DNA of 64,000 bases from an uncultured archaeon (GTDB lineage: Archaea; Micrarchaeota; Micrarchaeia; Micrarchaeales; CABMGC01), in assembly GCA_963787445.1 (NCBI GenBank), contig CAWBCT010000005.1, positions 448,001-512,000 of the forward strand. The letters run 5' to 3'. This document shows, piece by piece, positions 49,094 to 58,189 of this stretch (positions are counted from its first letter, which is position 1; every line of letters begins with the position of its first letter). The notes beneath the pieces are model-generated. The model made no database searches and was not told the DNA's origin. It was given only the letters and a program-made list of their open reading frames with translations. The translations under genes were made by a program, and so were the position numbers.

Positions 49094-50653
49094 ATGCCGT
49101 CGAAAATCAACCGTGATATACTGATGCGCCTGCTCACAGTGCTCACCTTCAGCCTGCTCACCTCCTTCGGCATAATTTTCTTCCTTTACCTCTTCTTCAC
49201 CGCCAGCAGCTTTTACACGTACATTTTGGCGTTTGCCTACATGGCACTGATACTGTTCTCGGGCTTCTTTAACATCTTCACCTCCTACTCCTACTACCGC
49301 TCCTACTTCTACGATGAGTACCTTAGGAAGATAAAGGAAAAGCTGCTCCCCGTAACTGAAAAGCCCACCGTGGCCATAGTGATGACCACCTTCAACGAAA
49401 ACACGGCAGTGGTGAAGAGGAACCTGCTCCAGCTGATGAGGCTCAAGTATCCAAGGCAGCAGCTCCGCTTCTACCTGCTCGATGACTCGACGGACAAGGA
49501 GAAGGCGTCCGAGATGGAGCTCTTCAGCAAGCAGAAAAGGATAACCTACATACACCGGGACGACCGGAAGGACTACAAGGCGGGCGCGCTCAACAACATG
49601 CTAAAGTATTCAAGGGAGAAGTTCATCGCGATCTTCGACTACGATGAGCACCTGGTCAACTTCAACTTCCTCAACGATCTTCTTCCCTACTTCAGCGACC
49701 CGAAGCTCTCCTACATACAGACCGAGAAGCAGTACTCCAAGGGCAACTTCTTCTCCGACACGGTGAACCTGTTCGATGCATTCTTCTTCAAGTTCATCCA
49801 GCCTTCCCGCGCGCTCAACAACACCGCGATCTTCGCAGGCTCGTGCGGGATGATACGCAGGGAGCACCTGAACTCGATAGGCGGGTTCCCGAGCTACGTT
49901 ACTGAGGACACCTTCTTCAGCTTCGAGTCCGATGTTAAGGGCTTCAAGAGCCTCTACATCCCGGCCGTATACGCGCTGGGCAAGCCGATAATGACCTTCA
50001 CCGAGCTGGTGAAGCAGCAGTGGCGCTACAACTATGGCGACACACAGTTCATCGGCTACTTCTTCAACCACCTGAGGAAGAAGGACAAGAGGAAGCAGCT
50101 CTCGCCCCTTTCGAGGATCGACTACTTCACCCACGGGATGGGGCTGAACTACATCTCGGTGATAATCATAGTCTTCACCGTGCTCTCCATACTCATAACC
50201 TTCTCACAATTCCCGATAACAAACCTCAAGATAACCGACCTGCTCCAGGCAAGGTACGTCAGCTTCGACCTTGAGGTGATAGGGCTTGCGGCGCTGGTCC
50301 TCTCCATAGCCACCCCCATGTTCCTTGCAAAGATGTACTTCAACTCCTTCAGGAAGGGCTTCATGATGTTCCTGCTCAACTTCGCTCTTGCATTCATCCG
50401 CGCCAAGGCCGCGCTATCCGCAATCTTCAACAGCAGCCAGAAGATAATCTGGGACCACATCCAGCCGACCAAGGGCTACGGCCGATTGATATACGCGGTA
50501 AGGAACTCCGTCATGGAATCCTCCTTCTCGGTACTTTTGATAATACTCGGCCTCTCCGCCGTGGCGCTGGACAACGCCTTTGGCGCGTTCTGGCTGCTCT
50601 GGTACGGCGTGCTGTACATCTCAACCCTGTTCATGTTCTACAAGTATGGGTGA
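49094..50653 (+). CDS. Membrane GT2 glycosyltransferase (cellulose-synthase-like processive type)
   Basis: NE, DDS, KAGALN, DYD, GS, TED, QQWRY; 2 N-terminal and about 5 C-terminal TM helices. Confidence 0.88.
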   Translation: MPSKINRDILMRLLTVLTFSLLTSFGIIFFLYLFFTASSFYTYILAFAYMALILFSGFFNIFTSYSYYRSYFYDEYLRKIKEKLLPVTEKPTVAIVMTTFNENTAVVKRNLLQLMRLKYPRQQLRFYLLDDSTDKEKASEMELFSKQKRITYIHRDDRKDYKAGALNNMLKYSREKFIAIFDYDEHLVNFNFLNDLLPYFSDPKLSYIQTEKQYSKGNFFSDTVNLFDAFFFKFIQPSRALNNTAIFAGSCGMIRREHLNSIGGFPSYVTEDTFFSFESDVKGFKSLYIPAVYALGKPIMTFTELVKQQWRYNYGDTQFIGYFFNHLRKKDKRKQLSPLSRIDYFTHGMGLNYISVIIIVFTVLSILITFSQFPITNLKITDLLQARYVSFDLEVIGLAALVLSIATPMFLAKMYFNSFRKGFMMFLLNFALAFIRAKAALSAIFNSSQKIIWDHIQPTKGYGRLIYAVRNSVMESSFSVLLIILGLSAVALDNAFGAFWLLWYGVLYISTLFMFYKYG

Positions 50654-50970
50654 CCACGATGCTCTACTTCAAGAAGCACGAAACGGAAAGGGGCGACATG
50701 CTCGCCCTGTGCGACGAGGAGCTGATCGGAAAGGTGCACAAGGACGGCTCCGGCACCATTCTTGACCTGGTGATGTACGCGGATTTCTACAAGGGAGAGC
50801 TGCTTGAGTACGAGAAGGCAAAGCAGGCCTTCATCGAGTCCGAGCTCTACACCGCAAACATCGTGGGAGAAGACAGCGTCAAGATTGCAATCGAGCTAGG
50901 AATCGCCGACGAAAGCAACGTAAAGAATCTCGGCGGTGTGCCGTCTGTGCAGATCTTCAGAATGATCTAA
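50650..50970 (+). CDS. DUF424 family protein
   Basis: LALCDEELIGK, FY.G, ANIVG, GVP. Confidence 0.85.
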   Translation: MTTMLYFKKHETERGDMLALCDEELIGKVHKDGSGTILDLVMYADFYKGELLEYEKAKQAFIESELYTANIVGEDSVKIAIELGIADESNVKNLGGVPSVQIFRMI

Positions 50971-50979
50971 CTAATAGGG

Positions 50980-51579
50980 TTATTTACCGTCAGGGTAAAT
51001 GAACATCTCATCCTTCACTTTTCTTGCACCATCCTTATTCACATCTATGATAAGAATTCCAGTATTTCGTGTGTGAAGGCGAATAAGCTCTTCTATGGGA
51101 ATATTTAGATAAATAGAAAGGAAACATCTTGCGACAAAACCATGGGTTGATATCAAAAGTGTATTATTTCCATATCTTTCGTATAATCCTTTTGTGAATT
51201 TTTCAATTCTACCAAGAAATTCCCACCAACTTTCCCCTCTCTCTGGCTTAAACTCCATAAAAGATACATTAGAAGCGGATTCAGCAGCCCATAATTTGTC
51301 TTGAGGTCCGCCTTCAAAGACCCCACCATGTTTCTCACGAAGTTCTTTAGTATAATAAATAGGCACCTTATGAAACTTCGCTATCTCCTTAGTTGTATCA
51401 ACAGCCCTCTTTAGATCACTGGAGAAGATGAAATCTATTTTCTCATTCTTTAGCTTCAGAGCGAGGGTCTCTACCTGATGTCTGCCCTCCTCAGTCAACG
51501 TTCCATGAACGGTATTTCCTTGATATATGCGTTTGGCATTCTCCTCTGTAATTCCATGTCGGACAATTATCAACCGCAT
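50980..51579 (-). CDS. Histidine phosphatase (phosphoglycerate mutase-like)
   Basis: RHG.T..N, SSDLKRA, LRE, GES, THG; AT-rich. Confidence 0.9.
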   Translation of the reverse strand: MRLIIVRHGITEENAKRIYQGNTVHGTLTEEGRHQVETLALKLKNEKIDFIFSSDLKRAVDTTKEIAKFHKVPIYYTKELREKHGGVFEGGPQDKLWAAESASNVSFMEFKPERGESWWEFLGRIEKFTKGLYERYGNNTLLISTHGFVARCFLSIYLNIPIEELIRLHTRNTGILIIDVNKDGARKVKDEMFIYPDGK

Positions 51580-51580
51580 C

Positions 51581-51922
51581 TTATTCTCCTGTCAGTGCTA
51601 GTATAGCTTCTGCCATGTTTCCCCGCGCCTCCTCAAGGGCTTTTCTCGCTGCTTCCTCACTGGCACCCGTTTTCTCCATCACCGTTTGAACATCTTCCTT
51701 GTCAACCTCTATCTGTGCGGTGCTGACCTCCCTCTGGCTCCCGCCGGACACGCTGAAGGTCTTGTTTCCCTGAACTTCAACTAGAGTGACCTCGGGGTTG
51801 TCTATGATTATCTCCTTGCCGTCGCACTTGATTATCACCTGGCTTGCCTCCACGGGCGTGTTCTTCATGCCCATGCTCTCCATCATTCGCTTTAGCTGGC
51901 GCGGGTCGATGTTCGGCATCAT
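51581..51922 (-). CDS. nac: Nascent polypeptide-associated complex protein
   Basis: DPRQLKRMM..MG, NAC barrel, C-terminal UBA (G.MAEAILAL). Confidence 0.93.
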   Translation of the reverse strand: MMPNIDPRQLKRMMESMGMKNTPVEASQVIIKCDGKEIIIDNPEVTLVEVQGNKTFSVSGGSQREVSTAQIEVDKEDVQTVMEKTGASEEAARKALEEARGNMAEAILALTGE

Positions 51923-51979
51923 AGAATCGGTTAAAACATTGTAATCAAAGTATAAATATATTCTTTCAATATAGAAAGC

Positions 51980-52258
51980 GTGGAAGGCCAGGCGTCTTAT
52001 AAGGTTCCGGGAGGCAAGCTGCTTAACGCAAAGGTCAGCTTTGACAAAAAGATCAAAAAAGTGCAGCTGACCGGAGACTTTTTTGCCTACCCGGAGGAAG
52101 GGATACTCTGGATCGAATCTGCCCTGGTTGGCATCGACTCTGACGGAAAGCAGATCCTGCAGAAGGCCTCGGAAGCGATAGGCGCCGGCAAGATTGAGCT
52201 GATAGGCATAGATGCGGCTGCCATAGCCCGGGTCGTAAAAGAGGCGATGAAAGCATGA
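51980..52258 (+). CDS. lplB: Lipoate-protein ligase accessory subunit (LplB, C-terminal domain)
   Basis: KVPGGKL, TGDFF.YPEE...IE..L.G. Confidence 0.85.
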   Translation: MEGQASYKVPGGKLLNAKVSFDKKIKKVQLTGDFFAYPEEGILWIESALVGIDSDGKQILQKASEAIGAGKIELIGIDAAAIARVVKEAMKA

Positions 52259-52998
52259 GATGGAGGGTACTCCCGCTGGAACAGCACGATGCCTTCACCA
52301 ACATGGCCCTGGACGAGGCGATAATGGAGTGCATGGCGAGCGGAGACGCAGAGCCCACGATCCGCTTCTACACCTGGAAGCCCAGTGCCGTGTCCATAGG
52401 CCGATTCCAGAGCCTGAACGACGAGATAAATGTGGACCAGTGCAAGGAGTTGGGTGTTGATTTTGTTCGGCGGCTGACAGGCGGCGGCGCGGTCTATCAC
52501 GATGAGGAAGGAGAGATAACCTACAGCATCATAGCTCCTGAGAAACTCTTTCCCAAGGGCATACACGAAAGCTACGGGGAGATATGCGGCTACGTGATTG
52601 ACGGGCTTGCCGAACTGGGAATAAATGCCTCATTTGCGCCGATAAACGATATACTTCTGAACGGGAAGAAGATCTCTGGAAACGCGCAAACGAGGAAGCA
52701 GGGGGTGCTGCTGCAGCACGGCACCATACTCTACCGGACAAACGTTGCAAAGATGTTCTCCCTACTTCAGGTGAGCAAGGAGAAGCTCTCGGACAAGATG
52801 ATAAAGAGCGCCGAGGAGCGCGTTACCTCTGTCACGGCAAGCAAAGATGTCAGCCTGTGCGAGCTTTATACCGCGCTCCTCCACGGGTTCACGAAGGGCA
52901 AGAAGTTTGAGTTCGGCGTTCTTAGCTACAAAGAGGTTGAGATGATTAAAACTCTGCACGAAAGATACCGCAGCAGCTCCTGGAACTTCATGCGTTGA
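52255..52998 (+). CDS. lplA: Lipoate-protein ligase A catalytic subunit
   Basis: NMALDEA, RRLTGGGAVYHD, ND, KKISGNAQ, LQHGT. Confidence 0.93.
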   Translation: MRWRVLPLEQHDAFTNMALDEAIMECMASGDAEPTIRFYTWKPSAVSIGRFQSLNDEINVDQCKELGVDFVRRLTGGGAVYHDEEGEITYSIIAPEKLFPKGIHESYGEICGYVIDGLAELGINASFAPINDILLNGKKISGNAQTRKQGVLLQHGTILYRTNVAKMFSLLQVSKEKLSDKMIKSAEERVTSVTASKDVSLCELYTALLHGFTKGKKFEFGVLSYKEVEMIKTLHERYRSSSWNFMR

Positions 52999-53062
52999 GC
53001 GTGCAAAGCCAGGACACAACGTTTTTATACCAGATGGGGCAACAACATAATTCCGTGATTAG

Positions 53063-53239
53063 ATGAAACTATCTACGCTAAAAGGAAACGAAAAACAGCC
53101 TCCTAGAGAAAATGCAGCCGCAACTGCCTGGACGTTTTCCCGCACCTCCCTTACGGGAAATAGCATTAGAGTTGAGATACACCCAGTCCCTAAACAACCG
53201 CTAGCGGGGTTGATACGCCCTCTAACTCCCTCCCATTAA
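53063..53239 (+). CDS. Possible 58-aa hypothetical or remnant ORF
   Basis: TTTTTATA box near 53023, GTGAT upstream, ATG 53063 (MKLSTLKGNEK...TPSH*); overlaps the lipA 3' end. Confidence 0.3.
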   Translation: MKLSTLKGNEKQPPRENAAATAWTFSRTSLTGNSIRVEIHPVPKQPLAGLIRPLTPSH

Positions 53240-54092
53240 GCATCGTCTTTGCGAACGCCTCCCCCGCCAGGTAAGAGCTCCTGACGAAAGGGCCCGCCGC
53301 AACGTATAGGAAGCCTTTCTGAAGTGCAATCTCCTTTAGTCTTCCAAATTTCTCCGGCTTCACATACTCCTTTACCTCTGCATGTGCCTGACTTGGTCTC
53401 AGGTACTGTCCAAGAGCAAGGAAATCGACGCCGGAGGTCCGTAAATCGACAAAAGCCGACTCCAGCTCCTCTTCTGTCTCGCCAAGCCCGAGCATCATTG
53501 CAGACTTTGTATAAATCGACTGGTCAAGCGACTTAATCTTTCTTAGGACCTCCAAAGACTGGCGATAGCCTGCGCGCCTGTCCCTTATCTCTGGATTCAA
53601 CCTTTCCACACTCTCAATATTATGTCCCACAACATCAGGTCTCGCTTCCGCTATCTTTCTTAGGCACTCATCCTCATCCCTGAAGTCCGGGATAAGCACT
53701 TCTATCTTTGTGGCTGGGCTATGTCTCTTTATCGCAGCAACGCAATTCGCAAAATGGCCTGCTCCCTGATCCGGAAGGTCATCCCTGCAAACCGAGGTTA
53801 TCACTATGTAACCAAGCCCCCACTTCTGCACAAGCTTTCCGAGCTTCTCAGGCTCCTGGGTGTCAACTTCGCCACCCTTAGCCCGTTTCTGAACCGCACA
53901 GAACTTGCAGCCCCTTGTGCATAGGTCCCCAAGAACCATGAAGGTGGCGGTTCCTGCGCTCCAGCACTCCGCCAGGTTGGGGCAGTGAGCCTCCACACAG
54001 ACGGTGTGAAGTCCAGATTCGTTTATCTGCTCCTTTATGTTCGAATAGGTCTTAGTGGAAGCAGGACGGATAGAGAGCCAGTCGGGCAGCAT
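53190..54092 (-). CDS. lipA: Lipoyl synthase
   Basis: CVEAHCPNLAEC auxiliary cluster, CTRGCKFC radical SAM motif, RDDL.D, GQYLRP, VRSSY. Confidence 0.97.
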   Translation of the reverse strand: MLPDWLSIRPASTKTYSNIKEQINESGLHTVCVEAHCPNLAECWSAGTATFMVLGDLCTRGCKFCAVQKRAKGGEVDTQEPEKLGKLVQKWGLGYIVITSVCRDDLPDQGAGHFANCVAAIKRHSPATKIEVLIPDFRDEDECLRKIAEARPDVVGHNIESVERLNPEIRDRRAGYRQSLEVLRKIKSLDQSIYTKSAMMLGLGETEEELESAFVDLRTSGVDFLALGQYLRPSQAHAEVKEYVKPEKFGRLKEIALQKGFLYVAAGPFVRSSYLAGEAFAKTMLNGRELEGVSTPLAVV

Positions 54093-54162
54093 ATGCTCGG
54101 TAGTAAGGTCTACCGTTGAAAATAAATACTATAGCTTCAGATACTCTTCAGGCTATTGCACC

Positions 54163-54912
54163 CTAAATCCATATCATGCTAGCGAACTTTTCCATGACAT
54201 CTCTTTTCACGTCCGAATAGCTGGGTGGAGACCTAACGTATGCTCCTATAGAATCCCACACGGGCTGGATGTTATCAACACTCTCGCCGAACTCCTTTAC
54301 CGAAAAGCGCCTCTTTATAAACTTGAATTTCAGGGCTATGAGCCCAGGATCAACACCGATGCCCTTGCTCAGTAGGAAATGCAGGTCGTAGAGATCCCTG
54401 GCCTTCGTCGCGTTTCTGCTCACAATGGCCCTCACTTTCTCGGCAAGTATCTCCCTCTCGTCCATTACGTGCAGTATGTACGGCTGGGGATCCCCGTAAA
54501 CGGGTTTCACTATGTGCGCCCTTGTTTTGATTACTGTTTGCTCTTCCACAACGTCCACCCTAATGCTTTGAATGGTCGCCGGCCCGCGGACCATCAGCCT
54601 GAATGTTGCCAAACCACGGGCTGTAGTACGATCCTCATCAACATTGTTAACTATCTCGCAAAAGTTTGACGCGTTGTCTATGCCATCATCAACCTCCACC
54701 ATCGCGTCTCCCGCGCCGATGCTGAAATCCAGGTCCTCCGAGAACCTATCCAGCCCGTAAATCTTCTGCAACGCAGTCCCACCTTTGAAAACCACACCGC
54801 TGCCAATCTTCTCCGAAAGCCCCTTGAGCACCAGATGCTGCAGATAGTCCTTTTCTATCTGTTCTGCAGTCTGGAAAGTTTTATGTGAAAATAAGGCGTC
54901 CCTGTTGAGCAT
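54163..54912 (-). CDS. AbiEii-type nucleotidyltransferase toxin (type IV TA)
   Basis: EKDYLQ, FKGGTAL...Y...RFSEDLDF, EK, RDLYDL; start may be GTG 54921. Confidence 0.92.
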   Translation of the reverse strand: MLNRDALFSHKTFQTAEQIEKDYLQHLVLKGLSEKIGSGVVFKGGTALQKIYGLDRFSEDLDFSIGAGDAMVEVDDGIDNASNFCEIVNNVDEDRTTARGLATFRLMVRGPATIQSIRVDVVEEQTVIKTRAHIVKPVYGDPQPYILHVMDEREILAEKVRAIVSRNATKARDLYDLHFLLSKGIGVDPGLIALKFKFIKRRFSVKEFGESVDNIQPVWDSIGAYVRSPPSYSDVKRDVMEKFASMIWI

Positions 54913-54917
54913 CACAA

Positions 54918-55619
54918 TCACGTAGGGAAGGCAAGCCACCGTTTCTCATAAAGGACACGCCATTCCGCATCCTTCAGATCCGCCTTTGCGGAGAGCTTTG
55001 TCCAGTTGTAGGGCCTGTATCTTTTAAGCGCCCGCGCGTCAAACTTGAATAGCTTGAGCAAAAATCCAACTCTTGCCGCAAGCGCCATGCTATCCATCTC
55101 TATTGTAAGGTTTATGAGCGCCTCTATATTAATTTTCTTGCGGCCCAAGGCGCTCCCGAATGCCTCCATGCACTCGCCGAATCCCACGCCCAGGTACAAT
55201 GAATCTATTATGGCCTTTTCTACGCTTGCCACCACAACGCCGTTCGCCGTAACATATCCGAACAGCCTTTTTCTCTCCACACTCAAAAACCTTATGGTAT
55301 ACCCGCCGATTCGCATCGCCTTGTGTCTCCTGCTCGATGCGACAGTTATGACATTTGGAATCTGAGTCGTGAGGTTGTGCAGCCTGAAGGCGGTTTCAAG
55401 GTCGAGGTAAGACGGCGAAAGCACGTGCGACGCAATCTCGTATATGCCGGTCCCGTCAATGTAGTACTTGCCCCGTTCAAGCCGCCGCACGCCCTTGGCC
55501 CTTGAAAGGAAGAGCGAAGCGTATTTCGGGCTCTTTCCCATAAGTTTGCCTGCATCCTTGACGGTAAACACGCGCATGCCGTTTTCGGCCAAAAGTGCCA
55601 CAAGGCTTTCGGCTTTCAT
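54918..55619 (-). CDS. AbiEi-type antitoxin / transcriptional regulator
   Basis: N-terminal winged-helix (VFT..D, R.ERGKY), PSY...ETA...H.L..QIP, ASVEKAIIDSL. Confidence 0.88.
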   Translation of the reverse strand: MKAESLVALLAENGMRVFTVKDAGKLMGKSPKYASLFLSRAKGVRRLERGKYYIDGTGIYEIASHVLSPSYLDLETAFRLHNLTTQIPNVITVASSRRHKAMRIGGYTIRFLSVERKRLFGYVTANGVVVASVEKAIIDSLYLGVGFGECMEAFGSALGRKKINIEALINLTIEMDSMALAARVGFLLKLFKFDARALKRYRPYNWTKLSAKADLKDAEWRVLYEKRWLAFPT

Positions 55620-55636
55620 GATCCCATTACCACGCC

Positions 55637-55652
55637 AAGATATATAAATCTT
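55637..55652 (-). promoter_or_regulatory. TATA box embedded in a palindrome (candidate AbiEi operator)
   Basis: Minus strand AAGAT-TTATAT-ATCTT, 18-33 nt upstream of the antitoxin ATG. Confidence 0.45.
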
Positions 55653-55741
55653 ATTCTATGCTCTTTTATCCATCTTAATATAGATATAAAGACATCAAAT
55701 ACTAATAATAGTGTAGTTTTATCATAAATTCGGGTAGCGCG

Positions 55742-55843
55742 CCCAACGCACATTGTGTGTAGTCCTGAAACTATTATCTGCTCCTTTATGCCGGAGTAGG
55801 CCTGGGTGGAAGCGGGGCGTATAGAGAGCCATTCGGGTAGCAT
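55742..55843 (-). pseudogene. lipA: lipA 5' fragment (about 33 codons)
   Basis: MLPEWLSIRPASTQAYSGIKEQIIVSGLHTMCV vs MLPDWLSIRPASTKTYSNIKEQINESGLHTVCV; then reads into AT-rich unrelated DNA. Confidence 0.88.
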
Positions 55844-55852
55844 GCTCTCACT

Positions 55853-58189
55853 TCAGACGAAGCGTCCCGTGGTCTGCACTGGCATGACGCCGCCGGGCGG
55901 AAGTATCCTCGTACGCACCCACTCGGTGTTTAATGTGGCGCCAAACGTAGTTGAGCCACTCAGGGACCCTTGGTAGAGACCCAGGTACGCGTATTCGCTG
56001 TTACCGTAAGTGCCCGAGACGCTTGCAGTGTTGTAATTCAGATAAGCGTAGATTGTTGTGCTCGACATGGCCGAACCGACAATATAATACTGATTTGACG
56101 TGAAGCTTCCAATATTGTACGCATTCCATAGGTTGTACGCAGTTCCGCCGTTATCGTTTGCCCATTCACCAACATATGATGTTTCGAATAAGGAAAGTAC
56201 TACGTTGTTGTCGCCTCCGTTGCTGCTCATAAGGCCCTGTGCATTCGCCTGCGACAGACCAGAAACGACTATGGAGCTGCTCGACGCGGATTGGTAGGCC
56301 TCTAGCACGTTGCCGACAGAATAAAATAGCGGGGAGTTCGAATATAATGCGCCGGCGCTTATTGCGAGGCCGTTGTTCACGGTGTAGCTCGCCCCGCTGG
56401 AAGCGGCCCAGGTCGATCTCAGGATCCCGCCCTTAAAGTCGTCGTAGAAGTTGAACACTTTTGCGCCGTTGTCGTTCTGCCCATAGATCAAAGAAAGCTG
56501 CGGCGCCTCGCCCATCGGCCCGCCATTCGACATCACGCTGTAGGGCATGAAGTTCATGAAGATCGTGATGCTAGAGCTCGCCGGTATGCCACCCGGCAGG
56601 TTCACCCAAACGACTGTGTTGGTAGAGGTGGTTAATGCGCCGGACTCTATCCACGCCTGGAGCACGTTTCCGCTCCCGCCGCTTCCCGTGCTAAACTCCA
56701 CATTGGACCAGTTTGCAGCTATGTACGGGGCGTAGGACAGGGCGTTCGCAGTGATCATCTGCTGGAAGTTGCTGCCTGTTCCGGTACTTTGCGAGTTTGT
56801 CAGAGTTATCGGAACGTAATAGACCAGGCCACCCACAGTCACGTTCACAGGTATAACATAATTAGACACGCCATACGTTTGGTTTATTGCCACATTCTCA
56901 AGATATGACACAGAGAAACGGAACGGCCCCTGCTGTGCCACCTTGAGGTTCGTCTCGTTTACCGATACCAAACCTGTGTTGCTGAAGTTAGACAACAGCA
57001 ACGAATTATATTTCTGAAAGTTCAGTGAACCCATGGCCTTACTAAAGTAGTCACTGGCTGCGGTTCCGGTCCCGAAAGGCGCAAACGCCATGCCATAGGG
57101 TCGGTTAAACCCGGCCCATGCAATCGAGCCCACTACCGAACTTGAGGAGGTGTTTACTATGACCACGTTGCTGGAGCCATAGTTCGTAATGTACGCATAG
57201 GCTCCGGAAGGCGCGAACGCGATTCCAACGGGCCCGTTAAGCCCGGCCGTGAATGAACCTGTTATTGTTTTTGTCGAAGTGTTGACTATAACCACGTTGC
57301 TGGCACCGTATTCCGCCATGTACGCATAGGCTCCGGAAGGCGCGAACGCAATGCCGTAAACACCACCGACCCCTATCGATCCCACTACGCCATTTGTTGC
57401 CGTGTTGACTATAACTACGTTGCCACTGCCGAGGTTTGAAACATACGCGTAAGTCCCGGAAGGCGCGAACGCAACACCGACAGGTGCGTTAATGCCGTTC
57501 GTGATCGCACCCGCCACTGTGCTCGTCGCAGTGTTTATTATGGCCACATTACTGGAGCCATAGTTCGTAACGTATGCGTAAGACCCGGATGGCGCAAACG
57601 CGTCTAGATATGGATTCGGAGCCGTGTCTGTAATCGAGCCCACCCCGGTGCCTGTTGCCGTGTTGACTACGACCACGTTACTCGCAACGTGGTTTATTAT
57701 GTATGCATATGCCCCAGAAGGCGCAAATGCAACCCCAATGGGCGTCGACCCGCCTACGATCGAGCCCACAACAGTGCCTGTTGCCGTGTTGACTATGATC
57801 ACGTTGCTGCCACCGTAGTTCGCAATGTATGCGTATTGCCCATAACCTGAGATGGTACCGTTCGTAATCAGGGAGGCGATGTAACCGCCCAGGTTTATGT
57901 TGAAGAGCGTGTTTGTCCCGCTGAGCGAGGTGTTGTAGGCATAGTAGCTGATTGCCGTAGCGGCGGTCTGGGCGCTTGCATTCGCAAACGCAAAAGAGCT
58001 CTGCCTAAGGACCCCGGCGAGGGTCACCGAGGCCGACGCAGGGCCGATGCGCGCGGCTATCTGGTTATACTGTATGTTTATCACGGCGAAGATGAACATC
58101 ACCGCAAACACGAGGATGAAGATGAGGAGCACGGTCATCGTCATCAGCTGCGCCTTGAATACTGTCCTGTTAACTCCTTTCATCGCCAT
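55853..58189 (-). CDS. Surface protein: class III-like signal/TM, YVTN-like beta-propeller, DUF2341-like domain
   Basis: KAQ + hydrophobic helix; about 6 repeats YAY..N.G..NV.IVNT...GSI...P.G.AFAP; YVPITLTNSQ...FQQMI, L.AWIES, VWVNL, GEAPQLS..YGQ.DNG..VF.FY. Confidence 0.82.
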   Translation of the reverse strand: MAMKGVNRTVFKAQLMTMTVLLIFILVFAVMFIFAVINIQYNQIAARIGPASASVTLAGVLRQSSFAFANASAQTAATAISYYAYNTSLSGTNTLFNINLGGYIASLITNGTISGYGQYAYIANYGGSNVIIVNTATGTVVGSIVGGSTPIGVAFAPSGAYAYIINHVASNVVVVNTATGTGVGSITDTAPNPYLDAFAPSGSYAYVTNYGSSNVAIINTATSTVAGAITNGINAPVGVAFAPSGTYAYVSNLGSGNVVIVNTATNGVVGSIGVGGVYGIAFAPSGAYAYMAEYGASNVVIVNTSTKTITGSFTAGLNGPVGIAFAPSGAYAYITNYGSSNVVIVNTSSSSVVGSIAWAGFNRPYGMAFAPFGTGTAASDYFSKAMGSLNFQKYNSLLLSNFSNTGLVSVNETNLKVAQQGPFRFSVSYLENVAINQTYGVSNYVIPVNVTVGGLVYYVPITLTNSQSTGTGSNFQQMITANALSYAPYIAANWSNVEFSTGSGGSGNVLQAWIESGALTTSTNTVVWVNLPGGIPASSSITIFMNFMPYSVMSNGGPMGEAPQLSLIYGQNDNGAKVFNFYDDFKGGILRSTWAASSGASYTVNNGLAISAGALYSNSPLFYSVGNVLEAYQSASSSSIVVSGLSQANAQGLMSSNGGDNNVVLSLFETSYVGEWANDNGGTAYNLWNAYNIGSFTSNQYYIVGSAMSSTTIYAYLNYNTASVSGTYGNSEYAYLGLYQGSLSGSTTFGATLNTEWVRTRILPPGGVMPVQTTGRFV
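57070..57840 (-). repeat. Intragenic beta-propeller blade repeats (about 120-130 bp)
   Basis: Identical 32-mer ATGTACGCATAGGCTCCGGAAGGCGCGAACGC at 57189-57220 and 57318-57349; other near-identical blocks. Confidence 0.8.

Noticed and set aside
55616-55843. 75-aa ORF as a functional protein
   Set aside because: Only the first 33 or so codons are lipA-like; the rest reads through the AT-rich abiE promoter.
57070-57840. Regularly spaced direct repeats resembling a CRISPR array or a DGR template/variable pair
   Set aside because: The repeats are in-frame propeller blades with about 120-130 bp period; I saw no adenine-specific mismatch pattern, and no cas or reverse transcriptase gene is in the window.
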